Below, piece after piece: positions 35,984-46,108 of a stretch of DNA of 64,000 nucleotides; position 1 is the first letter of the stretch, and every line of letters starts with the position of its first letter. Source of the stretch: an uncultured Oscillospiraceae bacterium (lineage in GTDB: Bacteria; Bacillota; Clostridia; Oscillospirales; Oscillospiraceae); assembly GCA_947624895.1 (NCBI GenBank), contig CANQMK010000001.1, positions 4,270 to 68,269 of the forward strand. Reading direction: 5' to 3'. A model generated the notes under the pieces. It had not been told where the DNA came from. It saw only the letters and a program-made list of their open reading frames with translations, and searched no databases. The position numbers and the translations under genes are program-made.

Positions 35984-36241
35984 ATGGCGGACAACGTAGA
36001 GATCAGAGCCCGGCTTGATTTCCGGCGCAAGGCCCTGGAAAAGCTCCGGGCGGCGTATCTGGCTCTGGTAGATGGCCGGGTGAAAAGCTACACCATCGAC
36101 GACCGGGAGCTGACCCGCCTGGACATCGGTGATCTCCGACAGGAGATCGAGGCCGCCGAGCGGGAGGTAGACCAGCTTGAAGCGCAGTTGGCCGGCCATC
36201 GCTCCCGCAAGGCCTTTGCCGTCCTGCCCAGGGATTGGTAG
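35984..36241 (+). CDS. gpW-like head-tail joining protein
   Basis: Size, position and the SYTIDDRELTRLDIGDLR motif. Confidence 0.55.
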   Translation: MADNVEIRARLDFRRKALEKLRAAYLALVDGRVKSYTIDDRELTRLDIGDLRQEIEAAEREVDQLEAQLAGHRSRKAFAVLPRDW

Positions 36242-36357
36242 AGGGCACCGGCCCGGATGGGCCGTAGACATGGGTACAAGCCGCCCCACAGCGGCTTTGC
36301 CACGAGCTGTCCGGCGGAGTTTGCCGCTCCTTTCGCCGCCGGACGGCTCGTTTTGAT

Positions 36358-37944
36358 TTGAGACAGGAGGTGGCCGTCATTCGCCAGGATAAGAGGACCG
36401 GGCTCTATCTGCCCGACACGGTAAGACCAAGGGCAAAGGGATACAGCGAGGCGGGGGCCAGCCTGACCCGGCGGGCCATGAAGGGGTTTACTCCCCAAAG
36501 CGGGAGTCCCAATGAGGATATCAACTGGAACAACGACACCCTCAGACAGAGAGGCCGGATGTTGTTTATGTCGGCCCCGCTGGCTACCTCTGCCATCAAC
36601 ACCAACCGCACCAAGGTGGTGGGCGTGGGTCTGACCCTCAAGCCCGCCATCGATCGGGCCGTTCTTGGGCTGGGGCCGGAGGAGGCCCAGGCGTGGGAAC
36701 AGCGCACAGAGGCCGAGTGGAGGCTATGGTCCAGCCACAAACAAAACTGCGACGCCATCGGCATGAACGATTTTGACAGCCAACAGCAGTTGGCCCTTAT
36801 CTCATGGCTCCAGTCCGGGGATGTGTTCCCGCTGTTCAAGCGCTACCCGCCCACCCGTACAAATCCCTACTCCCTGCGGGTCCATCTGATCGAAGCGGAT
36901 CGGGTGAGTACCCCGACCCTGTCAACGGGAGTGCTGGGGATCACAGACGGGCGAAACCAGGACAACGGGAACCGCATCTATGACGGGGTGGAGGTGGACG
37001 ACAACGGCATGGTGGTGGCCTACCACATCCGCAGTACCTACCCGTGGCAGAGCACCGCCGAAATGACGACGTGGACCAGAGTGGAGGCGTATGGCCAGCG
37101 CCTGGGGCTACCCAACATCCTCCACGTTATGAGCAGCGAGAGGCCTGATCAGTACCGGGGCGTGACGTACCTGGCCCCGGTCATCGAACAGCTTCTCCAG
37201 CTTCGGCGCTACACGGAGTCCGAGCTGATGGCCGCCCTGGTGCAGAGCTTCTTTACCGCCTGGATCGTCACCACCACCGACCCATCCACCATCCCCTTCA
37301 ACGAGGCGGGCGACGATGATGGGCGCGGCGTGTCCGAGAGCGAAAACGAGTACGAGATGGGGCCGGGTACGGTGGCCCACCTGGAGGATGGGGAGGACAT
37401 CAAATTTGGCTCCCCCAACATCCCCACCGCCGGCTTCGATGCCTTTGTCAAGACCTTCTGCAAACTGATCGGCGCTGGGCTCGGCATCCCCTATGATGTG
37501 CTGGTCAAGGAGTACAACTCCTCCTATTCGTCCGCCAGGGCCGCCCTGCTGGACGCATGGGAGGAATTCCGCATGCGCCGGAAGTGGCTGGTGAGGAGTT
37601 TCTGCCAGCCCACCTACGAGGTCTGGCTGTGCGAGGCGGTAGCCAGGGGCCGTATCAAGGCTCCTGGCTTTTTCAATGACCCGCTCATCCGGGAGGCGTG
37701 GAGCGGCGCCCGTTGGATCGGGCCGGTGCAAGGCAGTCTCGACCCGCTCAAGGAGGCAAAGGCCGCCGTCATCAAGATCAACCAGGCCATCACGACCAGC
37801 GAACAGGCCACCATGGAGGACTCCGGCGGCGACTGGCGGGCCAACGTAGCCAAGCGCGGCGAAGAGATTGCCTTGTTGGCCGCCGCCGGCGGTGGCGGTC
37901 AGACCACCGACACGCTGGACAAAGGGGAGGAAGATGAAGAATGA
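36358..37944 (+). CDS. Portal protein, lambda gpB family
   Basis: Position and size; start codon uncertain (TTG 36358 or GTG 36370). Confidence 0.75.
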   Translation: MRQEVAVIRQDKRTGLYLPDTVRPRAKGYSEAGASLTRRAMKGFTPQSGSPNEDINWNNDTLRQRGRMLFMSAPLATSAINTNRTKVVGVGLTLKPAIDRAVLGLGPEEAQAWEQRTEAEWRLWSSHKQNCDAIGMNDFDSQQQLALISWLQSGDVFPLFKRYPPTRTNPYSLRVHLIEADRVSTPTLSTGVLGITDGRNQDNGNRIYDGVEVDDNGMVVAYHIRSTYPWQSTAEMTTWTRVEAYGQRLGLPNILHVMSSERPDQYRGVTYLAPVIEQLLQLRRYTESELMAALVQSFFTAWIVTTTDPSTIPFNEAGDDDGRGVSESENEYEMGPGTVAHLEDGEDIKFGSPNIPTAGFDAFVKTFCKLIGAGLGIPYDVLVKEYNSSYSSARAALLDAWEEFRMRRKWLVRSFCQPTYEVWLCEAVARGRIKAPGFFNDPLIREAWSGARWIGPVQGSLDPLKEAKAAVIKINQAITTSEQATMEDSGGDWRANVAKRGEEIALLAAAGGGGQTTDTLDKGEEDEE

Positions 37945-39215
37945 GTCGCAAGCAAGGGGTCAGCATCGACATCAAAACGCCTGTGTACGCCATGGCTACG
38001 GTGGACGGGCAGTCAGCCGAGCTGACTATGTACGGCACCATCCTGGAACAGCGCCCCACCGACTGGGAGGGGAACCCCATGGAGGGGGCCTATATCCTCC
38101 TGGATGAGTTCATGACAGATTTGGAGAAGATCGCCGGGTGCACGGACATCACCATCCGCATGAACAGCTACGGCGGTGACGCCGGCGTGGCCAACATCAT
38201 CCACAACCGGCTCCGGGAACTGGCCCGCGGAGGCGCGACGCTCACCTGTGTCGTGGACGGAGTGGCCATGTCCGGCGGCTCCCTCATCATGTGCGCCTGT
38301 GACCACATCAAGGTGAACCCGTCCAGCCTCATCATGATCCACCAGGCGGCCTCGTTTTTGTTTGGGTACTACAACGCCTCCGATGTGTTGGAGGTCACTG
38401 ATTCGCTTACCGCCTACGACAAGATGCAGGCGGAGATCTACAGGCGCAAGACCGGCCTATCCGCCACGGTCATCCGCCACATGATGGAGGAGACTACCTA
38501 CATGACGGGCCGGGAGGCGGTAGAGAAGGGCTTTGCCGATGAGATCATCGAGGACGCCGAGCCTCTGGACATCGCCGCCAGCGCCGATGGGCGGGCCTTG
38601 GTGTTCCGGGGCAAACAGATCCATCTCGCTCCGGGGACGTTTGCCCCGGACAACATCCCTACGGTCACACCCGAGGCCTCGGCCACGGTTGGGACAAATA
38701 AAGAGCCGGCAACGACCGGCGAAGGAGGAGGAAACCCTATGACCCTCGCAGAGTTCCGGGCCAAGTACCCGGAAGCGGCTGCTGAACTGGAGGCCGAGGC
38801 CAGAGCCGCCGAGACTGGCGGCGACGGCGCTGGTGCCCCTGGTGCGGTTGCCGGAACCCCCGCTCCCGCTGCCGAGCAGCGGGAAGATGCCGCTCAGGCG
38901 GAGCGCCAGCGCATCCAGGAAATCGATGCTCTGGCCGGACTGTACGATGCGGAGACCATCAACGCGGCGAAGTATGGCGACACCGCCTGCACCGCCCAGG
39001 AGATGACCTACCGCGCCGCCCAGGCCGCCGCCAAGAACGGCAAAAAGTTCCTGGCCGCCATGGAGGCCGACATCGCGGACTCCGGCGCCCAGGACGTCAC
39101 GGGCGTTGACAGCACCGGCGGCGTCAACCCCACGGCCGCCACGGATGAGGCTATGCTGGCCCAGGCCAGGGCGGACGCCAAGGCGTTCAACGAGCACAAG
39201 AAGGAGGTTATATAA
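37941..39215 (+). CDS. ClpP/S49-type head maturation protease fused to scaffold
   Basis: ITIRMNSYGGDAG...VDGVAMSGGSLI (ClpP-like Ser); Ala/Glu-rich C-terminal half. Confidence 0.8.
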   Translation: MSRKQGVSIDIKTPVYAMATVDGQSAELTMYGTILEQRPTDWEGNPMEGAYILLDEFMTDLEKIAGCTDITIRMNSYGGDAGVANIIHNRLRELARGGATLTCVVDGVAMSGGSLIMCACDHIKVNPSSLIMIHQAASFLFGYYNASDVLEVTDSLTAYDKMQAEIYRRKTGLSATVIRHMMEETTYMTGREAVEKGFADEIIEDAEPLDIAASADGRALVFRGKQIHLAPGTFAPDNIPTVTPEASATVGTNKEPATTGEGGGNPMTLAEFRAKYPEAAAELEAEARAAETGGDGAGAPGAVAGTPAPAAEQREDAAQAERQRIQEIDALAGLYDAETINAAKYGDTACTAQEMTYRAAQAAAKNGKKFLAAMEADIADSGAQDVTGVDSTGGVNPTAATDEAMLAQARADAKAFNEHKKEVI

Positions 39216-39216
39216 G

Positions 39217-40032
39217 ATGAACCGTGAAAATCTGGCCCGCAAGGTGGGCGAGACCAGCCAGGACAACCTGATCGCTGGCCCGTACCCTCGCGCGCTCACC
39301 ACCGGCGTCAAAATCGCCAACAACCAGAGTGTGCTGCCGCGCGGCTCCGTGCTGTCGCTGGACGAGGAGAGCGGCCTGTATACCCTCCTCGGTGCCGGCG
39401 GTAAGGCCAACTGCGTCCTCGCGGACACCCTGGACACCGGGAGTGTCCCTGCCGACCAGCCCGGTCAGAAGGCCGAGTTGGTGAGCCAGTACGCGGCGGA
39501 GTATGCCAAGGCCGGCATTACCGTTGAGGGCGGGAAGATCGTGTATAAGCCCACCGGGGACATCGACAAGAAGATCACCCATCAGGTGGGCAACACCACC
39601 TACGTCTATGTGGGCCTGGTGTTCGACCCTCCCGCCGGCGCCGAGGCCAAGAGCGTGATCATCAAGAGCAACGGCGAGATTCTGAAGGCCGCCGATGGCT
39701 CCGATGAGATCAAGCTGGAGAAGGACAGCGATGACGTCATCGGCGGCAAGCCTGTTGTCTACTTCTCCGTCGCTGACGCGAGCGGCACGGCCAGGGTCGA
39801 CAAGACCTTTGACCTGACCTTCACCTGGAAGGGCGCTGACGGCGCCGTGTGCGCGGCCACCAGCTTCACCGCTGCCCGGTTCTCCGGCGACGGTGTGACG
39901 GGGGTCGTCTACATCGCCGGGTGTTTCAACAGAAACGCCCTGGTCATGGCCGACGGCTATAACCTGACCATCAAGGATCGGGAGGCGCTGCGCAATGGCG
40001 GCATCATCCTGACCGATATGATGCCCAGCTGA
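39217..40032 (+). CDS. Head decoration protein (gpD-like) with about 150-aa insertion
   Basis: DNLIAGPYP...LPRGSVL...VLADTLD ... VVYIAGCFN...NGGIIL. The gpD-like halves are split by an insert. Confidence 0.5.
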   Translation: MNRENLARKVGETSQDNLIAGPYPRALTTGVKIANNQSVLPRGSVLSLDEESGLYTLLGAGGKANCVLADTLDTGSVPADQPGQKAELVSQYAAEYAKAGITVEGGKIVYKPTGDIDKKITHQVGNTTYVYVGLVFDPPAGAEAKSVIIKSNGEILKAADGSDEIKLEKDSDDVIGGKPVVYFSVADASGTARVDKTFDLTFTWKGADGAVCAATSFTAARFSGDGVTGVVYIAGCFNRNALVMADGYNLTIKDREALRNGGIILTDMMPS

Positions 40033-40046
40033 GAGGAGAGGACGAC

Positions 40047-41126
40047 ATGAATATCTACGATACCCTGTACATGATGGCGGCCGTGGAAGATCTGGCTCCC
40101 GAGCCCACGTTCTTCAAGCGCCGCTACTTCCCCACCGACATCTCCATGGACGTGTTCGGTACCAGCAAGGTGCTGGCGGACTACAAGGAGGGGAACCGCA
40201 AGGCGGCCCCCTTCGTGCTGCCCCGGATCGCCCCTCTGCCTGTGGGCCGCGGCGGGTTCAGCACCTTCGAGCTGGAACCCGGCAACATCTCCATCTCCAA
40301 GCCCCTGACCATCGACCAGCTCAACCAGCGCAATTTTGGCGAGAGCATCATGAGCACCGCCACCCCTGAGCAGCGGGCCCGGAGGCTGCTGATGGGCGAC
40401 CTGAACGACCTGATGGCCCGCATCTCCCGCCGCCTGGAGTGGCTGGCCTGCGAGACCATGCTCAACAACGGCTGTGTGATGCGCCACCAGACGGACGACC
40501 CGGAGGTATTCCAGGATGTCCCGGCCCGGTTCTACGACGGCGACAACAACCCGGCCCTCTTTACTCCCGGCGCCGCCTGGGAGCACAGCAAGGATGAGCA
40601 CACCCCCGGTAACTGGTACTGGGACATCGTGCAGATGATCAAGATGCTCACCCGCAGGGGCCGCCCCGCCACCGATCTGCTGGTGTCCAACGACGTCGGC
40701 AACTTCCTCATGGAGGATCCCTGGATCCTTGGGATGATGGACAACCGCCGGGCCGACTACGGCGCCATCAACCCCGAGGCCCTGACCGAGTACGTCACTT
40801 CCCTGGGCCGGTTCAATTTTGGCGGCCGCCGCCTGGAGATCTTCGTCAACGACGGTACCTTCCAGGACCAGACCGGGGCGGAGGAGCCCTATCTGAAGGA
40901 GGGCAGCGCCGTTGTCACCGCTCCCAACTGCGGCAAGGGCCTGTTCGGCGCCGTGACGCAGAAGGAGATGGACAATGCGTGGCACACCCGCGCCGGCGTC
41001 TATGTGCCCAACCATGTGTCCACCGTCGTCCCGCCTGTGGACGATACGATCCTGTCCAGCCGTCCTCTGCTGGCGCCCAAGACCATGTGTCCCTGGACCT
41101 CCGCCAAGGACGTGTTCGCGGCGTAA
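40047..41126 (+). CDS. Major capsid protein, lambda gpE family
   Basis: MNIYDTLYMMAAVE...FFKRRYF N-terminus is typical of the Phage_cap_E family. Confidence 0.8.
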   Translation: MNIYDTLYMMAAVEDLAPEPTFFKRRYFPTDISMDVFGTSKVLADYKEGNRKAAPFVLPRIAPLPVGRGGFSTFELEPGNISISKPLTIDQLNQRNFGESIMSTATPEQRARRLLMGDLNDLMARISRRLEWLACETMLNNGCVMRHQTDDPEVFQDVPARFYDGDNNPALFTPGAAWEHSKDEHTPGNWYWDIVQMIKMLTRRGRPATDLLVSNDVGNFLMEDPWILGMMDNRRADYGAINPEALTEYVTSLGRFNFGGRRLEIFVNDGTFQDQTGAEEPYLKEGSAVVTAPNCGKGLFGAVTQKEMDNAWHTRAGVYVPNHVSTVVPPVDDTILSSRPLLAPKTMCPWTSAKDVFAA

Positions 41127-41158
41127 CGCCGACGGAAAATGAAAAGGAGTGATATGAA

Positions 41159-41644
41159 ATGATCAGGATCACCTGTGGGACCTGCGGCACCACCAAGGGC
41201 TACAAGACCAGTGCGGACGGGGCCATCACCCTGGCGCCGGAAGAGGAGGCCCGCCTGGTTGCCCGTGGCGTGGCGGCGTATGAGACTACGCCCATCATCA
41301 GCGCCGCCGTAAGCGCCGTTGCAACGGCCCCTGTGCCCACCGCGGAGGACGGCAAGGGTAACGATACCCCCGACAAGGACGGCGGCCGGAATGTGGCCCT
41401 GCTGGGCGTGGAGCTGCCCGACGAAGTGGACATCGTGGATGGCCGCTTTACTGAGGAGAGCCTGGCGGCTATGACCAACTCCGCCTTGGCGAAGCTGGCC
41501 CATGACCTCGGGCTGGACGCCAAGCGTTGCAGGGCCAAGGCCGACTATGTGGCCCTGCTGTCCTCCATCGAGCTTGACGTGGACGGCCAGGACGACCAGG
41601 ACGACGATCAGCCGCCCGACCTCAGCGCCGAGGTCCCGGTGTGA
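41159..41644 (+). CDS. Hypothetical head-associated protein with SAP/Rho_N-like motif
   Basis: LAKLAHDLGLDAKRCRAKADYVALL. Confidence 0.4.
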   Translation: MIRITCGTCGTTKGYKTSADGAITLAPEEEARLVARGVAAYETTPIISAAVSAVATAPVPTAEDGKGNDTPDKDGGRNVALLGVELPDEVDIVDGRFTEESLAAMTNSALAKLAHDLGLDAKRCRAKADYVALLSSIELDVDGQDDQDDDQPPDLSAEVPV

Positions 41645-42012
41645 TGAGCACCTTCCGGGACATGGTGGCCGCCGACAACGAGGCTGTGTTTCTCAACACG
41701 GATGAGTTTGCCGACCGGCGCACCATCCGCTATGACGGGGAGGAATATGTGGACATTCCCATCGTCCTCACCGGCGTCAAGGAGAAGGACCGGCGCCAGG
41801 TCGTCAGCGACCACGCGCAGGGCCTCTTTCTGGTGAGCGCCGTCCTGCACTGCCGCAAGGAGGACCTTGGCGGCAACCAGCCCAAGCAGGGCATCGAGAT
41901 CTACATCAACAACCGGGAGGGGGGCGGCGGATTTTTCCGCCGCTTCACCGTGGCCGCCTCCTCGTGCGCGGAGGGGATGCTGCGGGTGGAGTTGGAGGCG
42001 GTGACGCAATGA
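41641..42012 (+). CDS. Head-tail connector candidate
   Basis: Position only. Confidence 0.35.
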   Translation: MMSTFRDMVAADNEAVFLNTDEFADRRTIRYDGEEYVDIPIVLTGVKEKDRRQVVSDHAQGLFLVSAVLHCRKEDLGGNQPKQGIEIYINNREGGGGFFRRFTVAASSCAEGMLRVELEAVTQ

Positions 42013-42593
42013 GCCAGCAGATGGGTGTTATCTCCATGGAGTCCGTGGGCGGCCACGGGCTCGACCATGTGAACAAGATCCTGGCTGGTTTCCCCGGCGC
42101 CGCCTTCAAGGCGGCCCACAACGCCCTGCGCAGGGCCGGCGACACCGCGAAGACCAGGGCGGGGCAGTTTGCCGCCGCCCAATACACCATCAGCAAGGGC
42201 GACTTTATGCGGCGGGTCACAGAGAAAACCACCGTATCCGGCGGCTCTGATGGCGTGGCCGAGGTGAGGGTATCTTTCGCCGGCCACGTCATCCCGCTGC
42301 TGACCTTCAACACCAAGTTCGGCCGAGATGGTCGGGTACAGACCCAGGTCAAGCGCAACGGCGGGGCCACCGCCCTGGATCACGCTTTCGTGGCAAAGGT
42401 CTTTGGCCCCGCTGCCGTGTTTGAGCGCCTGGGCGCATCCCGCTTCCCGGTCGAGCAAAAGTACGGCCCCAGCACCGCCCACATGATGGAGAACGATCAG
42501 GTGGTAGAGCAGATGGAGGCCACCATCCGGGAGACCTTCGAGGCACGGCTTGACCACGAGACACTGCGGATCTTGGACGGATGGGGAGGATAG
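42009..42593 (+). CDS. Head-tail adaptor/tail completion candidate
   Basis: Position; ATG 42009 coupled to the upstream stop. Confidence 0.35.
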   Translation: MSQQMGVISMESVGGHGLDHVNKILAGFPGAAFKAAHNALRRAGDTAKTRAGQFAAAQYTISKGDFMRRVTEKTTVSGGSDGVAEVRVSFAGHVIPLLTFNTKFGRDGRVQTQVKRNGGATALDHAFVAKVFGPAAVFERLGASRFPVEQKYGPSTAHMMENDQVVEQMEATIRETFEARLDHETLRILDGWGG

Positions 42594-42596
42594 GTT

Positions 42597-43094
42597 ATGG
42601 ACAGAGTTGCGCTGTTGGAGGCGCTGAAGCTCGAAACAGAGACAGCCGTGGCCGATCTCCTTCTGCCGGTGGAAATGCAGGAGAACGAGAATGACAAGCC
42701 GAGGGATCGCCCTGCCAAGGTATTCTGTATGCGGGTACCGAACAGCAGAGCGGCCAATCGGAACGCCCCCTACGTTCTCCATCAATTCATCACCGGGGCC
42801 GACGAGCAGAAGGAAGGAGAGATGGACACTTCGACCGCTGTCGTCCGCTCTATCTTTGTCGTCTACAACGAAAAGAACGAGGAGGCTGGTGGTCTGGCCC
42901 TGTTGGGCCTCATGGAGCGGCTGCGTATCCATCTGCTCCGCAAGGTCATCATTGACGGCAAGTTTGAGCTGGACAAGAAGGCCAAGGTGGAGTGCATGGC
43001 CTACCCGGACGATACCACACCCTATTACGCCGGAGAGATGATCACCACCTGGAAACTCCCGGCTGTGGAAAGAGAGGTCACGAGGTACCTATGA
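42597..43094 (+). CDS. Tail completion candidate
   Basis: Position before the sheath gene. Confidence 0.35.
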   Translation: MDRVALLEALKLETETAVADLLLPVEMQENENDKPRDRPAKVFCMRVPNSRAANRNAPYVLHQFITGADEQKEGEMDTSTAVVRSIFVVYNEKNEEAGGLALLGLMERLRIHLLRKVIIDGKFELDKKAKVECMAYPDDTTPYYAGEMITTWKLPAVEREVTRYL

Positions 43095-43465
43095 GCAAGA
43101 ACATCAAGCCCGCCCAGGTGAAAACCGAGGGCGAGAACGCGGCCGCTGTGGTCGCCGCCCCCGCCGAAAAGAAGGTGGAGGCGCCCACCACCAAGGCCGT
43201 CAAGAAGGAGCAGACCGCCAAAAGCGCCGGTTTCTGCGCCTATATCGGTCCCAGCATCCATGGCGTGATCCAGACCGGACACATCTATGAGGGCGACAAG
43301 GCGAAGGTTCTGAAGGAGCTTGCCCCCATCGTGGAAAAGCGGCCCCTGATCGCCGCTCTGGTGGTGGATGGCGCCACGCTGAAGACCGACCGCATCAAGG
43401 TCAAGACCCCCGGCAACCTGCTTTTTGTGCAGTATCAGAAGCTGGCCGCCGGGGAGATCAACTAA
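43091..43465 (+). CDS. Hypothetical structural protein
   Basis: ATGA coupling; position. Confidence 0.35.
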   Translation: MSKNIKPAQVKTEGENAAAVVAAPAEKKVEAPTTKAVKKEQTAKSAGFCAYIGPSIHGVIQTGHIYEGDKAKVLKELAPIVEKRPLIAALVVDGATLKTDRIKVKTPGNLLFVQYQKLAAGEIN

Positions 43466-43477
43466 GGAGGTTAAACC

Positions 43478-44899
43478 ATGAAACACGGCGTTTATGTCTC
43501 GCAGAAGGGGACCAGCGTCGGCACCCCCGTGGTGGCGGAGTGCGGCATCCCGGTTTTTGTCGGCACCGCGCCGGTGCAGAGCGCCGCCTCCCCCGCGAAG
43601 GTGGGGACGCCGGTGCTTTGCACCAGTTGGGATGAGGCCGTTGACAAGCTCGGCTACTCCGACAACTGGAAGAGCTACACGCTCTGCGAGGGCATGCACT
43701 CCCACTTTCTGCTCTACGGCTGCCAGCCCGCCATCTTCTTGAACGTCCTGGACTGCGAGAAGATGACCACCAGCCAGGAGGCCGCCGACCTGAGCGTGGC
43801 CGACCACAGGATCAAGCTCCCCATCGAGGCGCTGAACAACGACGATCTGGTGGTCAAGGAGGCCGGCGGCGAGGGGAGCACCTACGCCAAGGGCACCGAC
43901 TACGACACCTACTATGACGGCGAGGCCCTGGTCATCGAACTCATCGAAGAGGGCTCCGCCTACTCCGCCCCCACGCTGAACGTGGGCTACAAGAAGGTCG
44001 ATCTCACCGCTGTCACCGCCGCTACCGTGGCGAGCGGGATGCAGGGCATCGACCTGTGCATGACCATGTTTGGCGTCGTGCCTGATCTGATCTGCGCCCC
44101 CGGCTGGTCCCACAAGGCTGAGGTGGCCGCCGTCATGGCCACCAAGGCCGCCGGTATCAACGGGATGTTCCCGGCCAAGGCTCTGATCGACATCGGCTGC
44201 GGGGATGACGGCGCCAAGACCTATGACGCCGCCATCAGCGGCAAGGCGGCGCTCAACGCGGTGGACGCCGATCAGATCGTCTGCTGGCCCATGGAGAGGC
44301 TGGGCGATAAGGTGTTCCACGCCAGCACCCAACTGGCTGGGCGCATGGCCCTGGTGGACGCCGACAATGGGGGCATCCCCTACGAGAGCCCCAGCAACAA
44401 GACCATCCAGTGCGACAGCCTGTGCCTGGAGGATGGCACCGAGGTCCTGCTGACGCTCGACCAGGCCAACATCCTCAACGCCAATGGCATTGTGACCGGG
44501 CTGAACTTCATGGGCGGCTTCAAGTGCTGGGGCAACTACACCGCCTGTTACCCCACCAACACCGACGTCAAGGACTACTATATCCCCATCTCCCGGATGT
44601 TCGGCTGGGTGACCACCTCCCTGATTAAGACCTTCTGGGATCGGCTGGATAAGCCCATGAACCGGCGGCTCATCGACTCCATCATTGACACCGCCAACAT
44701 CTGGCTCTCCGGCCTGGTTGGCTCCGGCTATCTCCTGGGCGCCAGGGTGGAGTTCAATGAGGAGGAGAATCCCCTGTCCGACCTGATGGCGGGCATCATC
44801 AAGGTGCACATCTACATGACTCCGCCCAGTCCCGCCCAGGAGATCGACTTTGTCGTGGAGTATGACGCCTCCTATGTGGCGTCTGCCCTCCAGGCGTAA
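43478..44899 (+). CDS. Contractile tail sheath protein
   Basis: N-terminus KHGVYVSQ..TSV..PV...G.PVFVGTAP; size; followed by the tube gene. Confidence 0.8.
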   Translation: MKHGVYVSQKGTSVGTPVVAECGIPVFVGTAPVQSAASPAKVGTPVLCTSWDEAVDKLGYSDNWKSYTLCEGMHSHFLLYGCQPAIFLNVLDCEKMTTSQEAADLSVADHRIKLPIEALNNDDLVVKEAGGEGSTYAKGTDYDTYYDGEALVIELIEEGSAYSAPTLNVGYKKVDLTAVTAATVASGMQGIDLCMTMFGVVPDLICAPGWSHKAEVAAVMATKAAGINGMFPAKALIDIGCGDDGAKTYDAAISGKAALNAVDADQIVCWPMERLGDKVFHASTQLAGRMALVDADNGGIPYESPSNKTIQCDSLCLEDGTEVLLTLDQANILNANGIVTGLNFMGGFKCWGNYTACYPTNTDVKDYYIPISRMFGWVTTSLIKTFWDRLDKPMNRRLIDSIIDTANIWLSGLVGSGYLLGARVEFNEEENPLSDLMAGIIKVHIYMTPPSPAQEIDFVVEYDASYVASALQA

Positions 44900-44914
44900 A
44901 GGAGGAGAAAAAAC

Positions 44915-45433
44915 ATGAGCAAGCAGCCTGAAGCCATCATCGATTTCGAGGTCTACGAGGATGCCGTGAACTTTGTCGGCATCGCCAACATCACCCCGCC
45001 CGACATTACCTACCTGAGCCAGACCATCACCGGCGCCGGCATTGGCGGCAACATCGAGGCCGTCCTGATCGGCATGATGGAGGCTATGACCTGCCAGATG
45101 AACTTTCGCAGTGTCACTGACGCCGCCACGAAGCTGGCGGAGCCCCGCAAGCACAACATTGACGTCCGTATTGCCGAGCAGTATTGGGATACGGTTGACA
45201 CCGCCAAGGAGGTGCAGGTTGACAAGTTCGTGATGCTGGTCGTGCCCAAGACCACCTCCCCCGGCCAGATCGCGCCCGCCTCCGCCTCCGCGGCCTCCGG
45301 CCAGTACGCCGTATACCGCTACGAGGCGTACAAGAACGGCAAGGAGCTGTGGTGCATCGATCCGTTCAACTACATCTGCCGGATCAATGGGACGGACTAC
45401 ATGGCCGATGTCCGCAAGGCCCTCGGCAAATGA
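44915..45433 (+). CDS. Tail tube protein (FII-like)
   Basis: Size, position, FEVYED...NITPPDI pattern. Confidence 0.7.
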   Translation: MSKQPEAIIDFEVYEDAVNFVGIANITPPDITYLSQTITGAGIGGNIEAVLIGMMEAMTCQMNFRSVTDAATKLAEPRKHNIDVRIAEQYWDTVDTAKEVQVDKFVMLVVPKTTSPGQIAPASASAASGQYAVYRYEAYKNGKELWCIDPFNYICRINGTDYMADVRKALGK

Positions 45434-45463
45434 CCGGCAAATAACCCGCGGAAACCCGACACG

Positions 45464-45499
45464 CCCGGGGCGGCCAACAGCCGCTCCGGGCCTGTTTTT
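45464..45499 (+). terminator. Hairpin plus T-run between tube and chaperone genes (probably a partial terminator)
   Basis: CCCGGGGCGGC-CAACA-GCCGCTCCGGG, then CCTGTTTTT. Confidence 0.5.
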
Positions 45500-45515
45500 G
45501 AAAGGAGTATACACC

Positions 45516-45914
45516 ATGAGCGAGACCAAGAAGACCGTTAAGAAGATCGATGAGGCCGTCCATGTTGACCCCGAGGAACTGGCCGTTGCCACGGCCGAGG
45601 CCGAGGCCCAAAACGATGACATCTATACCCACACTTTCAAAAAGCCCTTTTCCTATGAGGGCCAGACCTACAATAGCCTGACCTTTGACTTTTCTACCCT
45701 GACGGGCAATGATGCCATCGCCGCGCAGGACGAGATGGATCGTGTCCGCAAAGCAGCCCTTGTCCCGGCGGCGAACATTACCTACCTGAGCGTAATTGCG
45801 GCCCGGGCGTGTACCGTCCCGCTGGCGGTCAATGTCCTTCGGGCCATGCCCCTGCGTGACTTCAACCGTATTACCGGAAAGGCGCGTGCTTTTTTGCTCG
45901 GTGCGGAGTTGTAA
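45516..45914 (+). CDS. Tail assembly chaperone (gpE/G-like), zero-frame product
   Basis: Position between tube and tape measure genes. Confidence 0.65.
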   Translation: MSETKKTVKKIDEAVHVDPEELAVATAEAEAQNDDIYTHTFKKPFSYEGQTYNSLTFDFSTLTGNDAIAAQDEMDRVRKAALVPAANITYLSVIAARACTVPLAVNVLRAMPLRDFNRITGKARAFLLGAEL

Positions 45915-46093
45915 CCGGCGGGGATATGTCCCCCGGAGAACAACTCCGTCAGACCGCTCTCATTCTGGCGCAAAACAACAACACACCCGCTTCTTACTGG
46001 CTGGGCTTGCGGCTCACTTCGTTGCATGAGTGGGTAAAGGCCAACAACCAACTCCAAAGGGAAATGGAGGAAGCCAGGAAACAGAAACGGTAA
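45516..46093 (+). CDS. Tail assembly chaperone -1 frameshift product (E+E'/GT-like)
   Basis: The -1 frame is open from 45860 to TAA 46091-46093. Slippery site T TTT TTG at 45890-45896. Confidence 0.6.
45890..45896 (+). promoter_or_regulatory. Programmed -1 ribosomal frameshift heptamer T_TTT_TTG
   Basis: X_XXY_YYZ in the zero frame (ttt ttg = F L of ...RAFLLG). Confidence 0.6.
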
Positions 46094-46108
46094 GGAGGTG
46101 GCTTTTGT

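Noticed and set aside
43025-45622. 865-aa minus-strand ORF
   Set aside because: It is antisense to the sheath and tube genes, which have clear homology signatures and RBSs. The Gly/His/Asp/Val-rich product is a high-GC artefact.
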